A stretch of DNA of 32,000 nucleotides from Erysipelotrichaceae bacterium (GTDB taxonomy: Bacteria; Bacillota_I; Bacilli_A; Erysipelotrichales; Erysipelotrichaceae): NCBI GenBank assembly GCA_963663995.1, contig OY760660.1:300001-332000 (forward strand), written 5' to 3'. This document shows positions 26,152 through 32,000 of the stretch, one piece after another. Position 1 is the first letter of the stretch. Each line of letters opens with the position of its first letter. The position numbers were made by a program, and so were the translations under genes. The notes under the pieces were generated by a model. That model ran no database searches, was not told the origin of the DNA, and worked only from the letters and a program-made list of their open reading frames with translations.

Positions 26152-27055
26152 AAAAATACCTTGTATTATTGATACTGATCCAGGCGTTGATGACGCTTTT
26201 GCGATCATTTATGCCGCAAAACATCCACAACTTGATTTAAAAGCTATTACTTCTGTTTTTGGTAATGTTTCTCTAAATCATACCTTTCCTAATGCCAAAT
26301 TATTAGCAGGTACATTGAATAAAATTGTTCCTGTTTCAAAAGGTCATTGTAAAGCGCTTGTCGCTTTAAATAATGATGCTGGAGATACACATGGTCAAGA
26401 TGGATTTGGTGGTAAATATCAAACTTATAAACATTTAGAAATCACAGAAAATATCGAGGATAATGCTGTTCAAACGATGGTCAGAATTCTCAGAGAAAGT
26501 GAAGAAAAAGTCATACTATTTCCAATTGGTCCACTAACTAATATTGCATCTTTAATTTTATGTTATCCAGAACTATTGAATAAAATTCAATGCATTTCTC
26601 TTATGGGAGGCGCATTTAAACATGGAAATCGAACTATGACTGCCGAGTTTAATATCTTGATGGATCCTGAAGCAGCTAAGATTGTATTCGAAAGTGGTCT
26701 AGACATTATCATGACTGGTTTAGACATTACAGATCAGGCAACGATTAGTGAAGATGAATTAACACAAATTCGCTCGATTGATAATGAACACAGTGAAATG
26801 TTGTATCAAATATTAGATTTATATGCATCACACGATAGATGTCTTCATGATCCACTTGCTATCATGGCTATTACGGATCCAGATATGATTGAATTTGAAA
26901 ATTTATATATTGATGTTGAGACGGGTGGTAACTTAAGTGCTGGGGCTACAATCGCTGATTATCGAATTAAATCTCAAAGTGCAAATGTGAAAGTTGCGAT
27001 GAAACTTAATCATTCACTTTTTATGGCTCGTTTACTTGAAATTTTAACTTTGTAA
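26144..27055 (+). CDS. Nucleoside hydrolase (IUNH family), paralog 3
   Basis: CIIDTDPGVDDAFAI, PIGPLTNIA and EFNILMDPEAA. GGAGG RBS. 8-nt overlap with paralog 2. Confidence 0.9.
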   Translation: MTKKIPCIIDTDPGVDDAFAIIYAAKHPQLDLKAITSVFGNVSLNHTFPNAKLLAGTLNKIVPVSKGHCKALVALNNDAGDTHGQDGFGGKYQTYKHLEITENIEDNAVQTMVRILRESEEKVILFPIGPLTNIASLILCYPELLNKIQCISLMGGAFKHGNRTMTAEFNILMDPEAAKIVFESGLDIIMTGLDITDQATISEDELTQIRSIDNEHSEMLYQILDLYASHDRCLHDPLAIMAITDPDMIEFENLYIDVETGGNLSAGATIADYRIKSQSANVKVAMKLNHSLFMARLLEILTL

Positions 27056-27069
27056 AAGGAGGTTATATT

Positions 27070-27954
27070 ATGAATAAAATACTAATCATTGGCTCATTTA
27101 ATTTAGACTTTGTTTTTTTAGTCGACCGTTTTGTTTTGCCTAAAGAGACATACCATGCTAATGGAATGGAAATGCATTTTGGAGGTAAAGGTTTTAATCA
27201 AGCAGTTGCCTTAGGACGCAGTCATTCTGGCGTATATTATGCTGCTAATGTCAATGAAAAAGAAATGTATATTAAAGATGTTTTAAAACAAAATAATGTT
27301 AATGAGAAATTTGTAAGACTTGTTTCTTCACCAACTGGTATGGCTTTTATTCAAGTGAATAAAGAGGGTGAAAACTCAATACTACTGAATAAAGGCGCAA
27401 ACTTTAAATTTGATTTAGAACAATTCGTAGAGGTTTTAAGTCACTTTAATGAAAGTGATACATTAGTTTTACAAAATGAGATTAATGAACTAAAAACACT
27501 TATTGATTTAGCTCATAATCGTCATTTAAAAATTGCTTTAAATCCATCACCATTTAGTGAGGATATTTTAAAACTTCCTTTAGAATATATTGATTATTTA
27601 TTTATCAATGAATTAGAGGGTGAAATGCTAACGCATGAAAGTGATGCCGATAAAATACTAGAAAAATGTAAAAACCTACTACCACAATGTGAAGTGATAC
27701 AAACATTAGGTTCTAATGGAGCAGCCGTTTTAAAAGATGGTCAAATCACAAAACAAGCTGCTTATAAAGTCGAAGCGATTGATTCTACAGGTGCTGGTGA
27801 TACATTTACTGGTTTCTATATCTCGTCTCGCTCACAAAATAAATCAATTGCAGAGTCCTTAAAACTTGCTAGTGCAGCAGCTGCATTATCAGTAACTAAG
27901 AAAGGCGCAATGGATTCAATACCAAGTTTAGAAGATGTTTTAAAATTCATATAA
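27070..27954 (+). CDS. rbsK: Ribokinase
   Basis: IIGSFNLDF, GGKGFNQAVALG and DSTGAGDTFTGF. PfkB family with the ribokinase-type GGKG.NQA motif. AAGGAGG RBS. Confidence 0.8.
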   Translation: MNKILIIGSFNLDFVFLVDRFVLPKETYHANGMEMHFGGKGFNQAVALGRSHSGVYYAANVNEKEMYIKDVLKQNNVNEKFVRLVSSPTGMAFIQVNKEGENSILLNKGANFKFDLEQFVEVLSHFNESDTLVLQNEINELKTLIDLAHNRHLKIALNPSPFSEDILKLPLEYIDYLFINELEGEMLTHESDADKILEKCKNLLPQCEVIQTLGSNGAAVLKDGQITKQAAYKVEAIDSTGAGDTFTGFYISSRSQNKSIAESLKLASAAAALSVTKKGAMDSIPSLEDVLKFI

Positions 27955-27976
27955 TTTAAGAAAGAAGGTATAGGAT

Positions 27977-28696
27977 ATGAGTGAATTTAAAGGGACACCA
28001 CATAATAAAGCGAAAGTTGGCGAAATCGCGAAAGTTGTTTTAATGCCAGGTGATCCACTACGTGCAAAATTTATTGCCGAAAAGTATTTAGAAAATGTCG
28101 TTCAGTTTAATGAGGTTCGAAATATGTTTGGATTTACTGGCGACTATAAAGGTAAACGTATTTCTGTCATGGGCAGTGGCATGGGTATGCCAAGTATTGG
28201 TATTTACTCTTGGGAATTGTATAAGTTTTATGGAGTAGAAGCCATCATACGTATTGGTAGTGCAGGGTCATTTAGAGAAGAAGCACAACTTTATGATGTA
28301 GTATGTGCAAGTTCATCTAGCTCTCAATCAACTTATGCGAAAATGCAAAATGGGTTTGAAGGGGATACAATTTATCCCGATGAAGCTTTAAACAACACAC
28401 TTATTAATTCTGCTAAGAAATTAGATGTCAAAATGCATGTTGCGCCAATTCGTTGTGGTGATGTCTTCTATCGCGATGGCGAAAGCAATGATGATGCACA
28501 AAAATATCTAGCTGCAGAAATGGAAAGTTTTGCTTTATTCCATAATGCGAAAGTATTAAACAAAAAAGCAGCATGCTTAGTTACGATTTCTGATGCGATG
28601 TATGATCGAACATTAGAAACAACAGCTGAAGAAAGACAAAATGCATTTACTAATATGATGGAAATTGCATTAGATACTGCTATACAATATGCTTAA
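27977..28696 (+). CDS. deoD: Purine nucleoside phosphorylase, DeoD type
   Basis: VVLMPGDPLRAKFIAEKYL, GFTGDYKGKRISVMGSGMGMPS, RIGSAGS, EMES and TISD...TTAEERQ are collinear with E. coli DeoD as I recall it. Confidence 0.9.
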   Translation: MSEFKGTPHNKAKVGEIAKVVLMPGDPLRAKFIAEKYLENVVQFNEVRNMFGFTGDYKGKRISVMGSGMGMPSIGIYSWELYKFYGVEAIIRIGSAGSFREEAQLYDVVCASSSSSQSTYAKMQNGFEGDTIYPDEALNNTLINSAKKLDVKMHVAPIRCGDVFYRDGESNDDAQKYLAAEMESFALFHNAKVLNKKAACLVTISDAMYDRTLETTAEERQNAFTNMMEIALDTAIQYA

Positions 28697-28698
28697 TT

Positions 28699-28724
28699 AA
28701 ACAGTTCATTTGAACTGTTTTATA
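28699..28724 (+). terminator. Rho-independent terminator after deoD
   Basis: AAACAGTTCA-TT-TGAACTGTTT inverted repeat followed by T-rich sequence. Confidence 0.65.
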
Positions 28725-28739
28725 TAATAGAGGTCATTT

Positions 28740-29987
28740 ATGAACAAAACACTAAACTCACTTAAAACTGAATTAAATCAATTAGGCGATGATTTATTCA
28801 ATCATCCAGAACTAGGGTTTAAAGAATTTAAAACAAGAGAAATATTAATCAATTTCTTTAAAAAACATGACATTTCTGTACACAAAGAATTTGCACATAC
28901 GGGTTTTAGTGTTCAATTTGGTTCTGGTAAACCTCATATCGGACTAATCGCAGAACTTGATGCGGTTATCACACCTAATCATAGATGTGCAACTAATTCA
29001 GATCATGCAGCTCATAGTTGTGGCCATTCAAGTCAGTGTGCTTTGATGAGTGCTGCATTTCTAGCATTAAAAGACGAAATAAAAGAAGGAACGATTACCT
29101 TATTCTTTACACCAGCTGAAGAATATTTGGATATTGAGTATCGAAAAACATTAAAGGATGAAGGAAAAATAAAAGCCTTTGGTGGTAAACAAGAGATGTT
29201 ATTGAATCATGAATTTGATGAGATTGAGTTGTTTATCCATGCCCATGGTATGGGAGAAGCAAAGGAACACTATTCTATCCATTCATCTTTAGCTGGATTT
29301 AATTATCAAGTGTTTAAATTTAAAGGTGTATCAACACATGCGGCAGTTGCGCCACATGTAGGTAAAAACGCTTTAAATATGTTTCAACTTTATCAAGTTG
29401 CGGTAGGATTTTTAAGAGAAACATTTATTGATGAAGATAAGAATAGAATACATGGGCATATCATATCTGCCAATAATTCTGTCAATACAGTCGCAGATGA
29501 ACTTATTTATGAACAATATATACGAAGTTTTAATCCCGAAACCCTGGAAACACTGACTCAACAGTGTATCGATACAGCACAGCATTGTGCACAAGCGCTA
29601 GGTGGACACTGTGATGTTGAGACAAGTTTAGGTTATTTACCGATGAAAGCATCACTCGAACTTGGACAAGTATTCGATGAAGAAATCTCTAAAGTTTGTG
29701 ATAAGAGTTTAATTAGATATTATGAGCGTAGTATAGCGGCAGGGGATATTGGTGATTTATCTCAATTTAAACCTGGTGTTCAATTGGGTTATTCAGGCTT
29801 TATTGGACGTATGCATGGAGATAATTTAGAGATTGAGGATACAGAGTTTATCTATCAAGAAGTCCCTGAGATGATTGTGAATGTAGTCAAAAGACTTGTA
29901 GAAGATGATAAATTAGTAAAGAATATAGTGCATAAGTTTGAAAAAAACGTAAGTTTTGAATCTTATGTAAGAAGAATTGGTGAATAA
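28740..29987 (+). CDS. M20-family metallo-amidohydrolase (AbgB/amidohydrolase-like)
   Basis: The N-terminus LFNHPELGFKEFKT, plus IAELDA and HSCGHS, fits the M20D-type pattern. TATATAAT and AGAGG lie upstream. Confidence 0.7.
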   Translation: MNKTLNSLKTELNQLGDDLFNHPELGFKEFKTREILINFFKKHDISVHKEFAHTGFSVQFGSGKPHIGLIAELDAVITPNHRCATNSDHAAHSCGHSSQCALMSAAFLALKDEIKEGTITLFFTPAEEYLDIEYRKTLKDEGKIKAFGGKQEMLLNHEFDEIELFIHAHGMGEAKEHYSIHSSLAGFNYQVFKFKGVSTHAAVAPHVGKNALNMFQLYQVAVGFLRETFIDEDKNRIHGHIISANNSVNTVADELIYEQYIRSFNPETLETLTQQCIDTAQHCAQALGGHCDVETSLGYLPMKASLELGQVFDEEISKVCDKSLIRYYERSIAAGDIGDLSQFKPGVQLGYSGFIGRMHGDNLEIEDTEFIYQEVPEMIVNVVKRLVEDDKLVKNIVHKFEKNVSFESYVRRIGE

Positions 29988-30010
29988 TTGGCGTTATTTC
30001 ACGAAATTGG

Positions 30011-30039
30011 TTGACAAAGGATAAAGTTATAACTATTAT
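30011..30039 (+). promoter_or_regulatory. Candidate promoter of the perR-like/peroxiredoxin operon
   Basis: TTGACA (30011-30016), a 17-nt spacer, then TATTAT (30034-30039). Confidence 0.5.
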
Positions 30040-30041
30040 AA
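30027..30041. promoter_or_regulatory. Per-box-like operator 1
   Basis: TTATAACTATTATAA against the B. subtilis Per box TTATAATNATTATAA gives 14 of 15 matches. It overlaps the -10. Confidence 0.55.
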
Positions 30042-30043
30042 AG

Positions 30044-30058
30044 TTGTAATCATTACAA
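30044..30058. promoter_or_regulatory. Fur/PerR-type 7-1-7 operator 2
   Basis: TTGTAAT-C-ATTACAA is a perfect 7-1-7 inverted repeat lying 3 bp after box 1 and 4 bp before the ATG. Confidence 0.5.
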
Positions 30059-30061
30059 ATT

Positions 30062-30478
30062 ATGAGAACAGAAAATATCGATTATAAAAATTTATTGATT
30101 GAACACAATGTGCGTCCATCGAACTATCGGATTCATATATTGAGTTTAATTGACCAAAAACAAAACCATCCAACAGCGGATGAATTGTATAAAGATCTAA
30201 TCGATACTTATCCAACACTCTCTAAGATGTCTGTTTACAACAACATTGAAGCGTTAGTCGAAGCAGGTTTAATTAGACGTGTAGCGATTGAAAACACTGA
30301 AGTGCGTTATGACAGTATCTTAGATGAACATGGTCACTTTAAATGTATTAAATGTGGTTGTGTGAAGAATTTCGATTTAAGCTCTAATCTTCTCTCACTT
30401 GATAGTTTGATGGGATATGAAGTGTTAGAAAAAGATGTGTTCTTCAAAGGAGTGTGTCCTGATTGTCAGAAATTGTAA
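30062..30478 (+). CDS. perR: Fur-family transcriptional regulator, PerR-like
   Basis: HPTADELYKDL...MSVYNNIEAL winged-helix block, DEHGHFKC, and two CxxC pairs (CIKCGC, CPDC). Peroxiredoxin context and Per-box-like operators support the PerR assignment. Confidence 0.75.
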   Translation: MRTENIDYKNLLIEHNVRPSNYRIHILSLIDQKQNHPTADELYKDLIDTYPTLSKMSVYNNIEALVEAGLIRRVAIENTEVRYDSILDEHGHFKCIKCGCVKNFDLSSNLLSLDSLMGYEVLEKDVFFKGVCPDCQKL

Positions 30479-30504
30479 TGATTGTCCATTAGGAGGATTA
30501 AACA

Positions 30505-31188
30505 ATGGAAGAAAACGCAGTAGTAGAACAATATCGTATGCCTTTGCTCGGGGAAAAAGCACCAGAATTTACAGCTGTAACAACTCAAGGTGAAATTAAC
30601 TTTCCATCCGACTATAAAGGGAAATGGGTTATCTTATTTTCTCACCCAGCAGACTTTACACCAGTATGTACAACAGAATTCATGACATTCGCAACATTAG
30701 CTGACGAATTTAGAAAAGATCTAAATTGTGAACTTGTTGGTTTATCAGTTGATTCACTCTATGCACATATTGCTTGGTTACGTACCATTCCAAACTTAAC
30801 TTACAATGGGATGAAAAATGTAGAAGTACATTTCCCACTCATTGAAGACATCAAAATGAATGTTGGTAAATTATATGGCATGATTCAACCAGGTGAATCA
30901 AATACACAAGCTGTTCGTGCAGTATTTGTGATTGATCCAAAGGGTGTTATTCGTACAATCCTTTATTACCCACTATCAACAGGTCGTAACTTCGATGAAA
31001 TCAGACGTATCTTACAAGCTTTACAAAAAGCTGATAAAGATGGTATTGCGACACCAGCAGACTGGAGACCAGGTGAACCTGTGATCGTTCCACCTCCAGG
31101 ATCATGTGGTACAGCTAAAGATCGTATGGAAGACAAAGATGTTAAATTAGAATGTCAAGATTGGTTCTTCTGCTTTAAGAAAGACTAA
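30505..31188 (+). CDS. Peroxiredoxin (Prx6/AhpC-TSA family)
   Basis: WVILFSHPADFTPVCTTE peroxidatic-Cys motif, 227 aa, Cys-containing C-terminal tail. AGGAGG RBS. Confidence 0.9.
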   Translation: MEENAVVEQYRMPLLGEKAPEFTAVTTQGEINFPSDYKGKWVILFSHPADFTPVCTTEFMTFATLADEFRKDLNCELVGLSVDSLYAHIAWLRTIPNLTYNGMKNVEVHFPLIEDIKMNVGKLYGMIQPGESNTQAVRAVFVIDPKGVIRTILYYPLSTGRNFDEIRRILQALQKADKDGIATPADWRPGEPVIVPPPGSCGTAKDRMEDKDVKLECQDWFFCFKKD

Positions 31189-31200
31189 TTAAACAAAGCT

Positions 31201-31231
31201 AAGAGGTTGATTCATTCAGCCTCTTTTTTTG
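31201..31231 (+). terminator. Rho-independent terminator after the peroxiredoxin gene
   Basis: AAGAGGTTGA-TTCAT-TCAGCCTCTT (one G-U pair) followed by a T-run. Confidence 0.8.
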
Positions 31232-31277
31232 TACTTTTCACATGATACAATTAATTTAATAAAATTCCTTTAAATAA

Positions 31278-32000
<723 letters not shown>

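Noticed and set aside
28740-29987. M20 amidohydrolase as the terminal enzyme of the nucleoside operon.
   Set aside because: A terminator-like inverted repeat (28699-28724) and a separate TATATAAT/AGAGG signal precede it. A functional link is therefore not supported by the sequence, and adjacency alone is weak evidence.

Overview
Low-GC, Firmicutes-like chromosomal window with dense coding, AT-rich spacers, Shine-Dalgarno sites and hairpin plus T-run terminators. I saw no rRNA, tRNA or CRISPR array. All family assignments are by-eye motif recognition; no searches were run.

Left part (1-7.7 kb):
- 5' end of mgtE on the minus strand.
- A DUF1893-like gene followed by an Fe-S aldo/keto reductase.
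- A complete IS256-family element (2276-3621) with 26-bp imperfect terminal inverted repeats and a perfect 8-bp target duplication (TATCCTTT). It sits 51 bp upstream of a 7TM-sensor/GGDEF gene that is itself split by a +1 frame change.
- A four-gene operon: 87-aa protein, DUF2089 Zn-ribbon/HTH protein, SHOCT-like protein and an MFS exporter.

Middle (7.8-11.8 kb):
- Two tandem, separately terminated GH4 6-phospho-beta-glucosidase paralogs with mosaic similarity.
- ldh.

Right part (11.9-28.7 kb), dominated by nucleoside salvage and catabolism:
- A PNPOx/Nim-like gene translationally abutted to an internally duplicated two-domain nucleoside 2-deoxyribosyltransferase.
- An M23 peptidase.
- An ADP-ribosylglycohydrolase-like / PfkB kinase / nucleoside hydrolase operon.
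- A LacI-family regulator plus MtaD-like deaminase, divergent from a BMP-lipoprotein ABC nucleoside transporter, two more nucleoside hydrolases, ribokinase and deoD.
- Downstream of these: an M20 amidohydrolase, a PerR-like regulator with peroxiredoxin behind two Per-box-like operators, and the 5' part of glpK.

Most worth follow-up: the ARH-like/PfkB/IUNH triad, the fused double NDT, and the DUF2089 operon with a duplicated small module.
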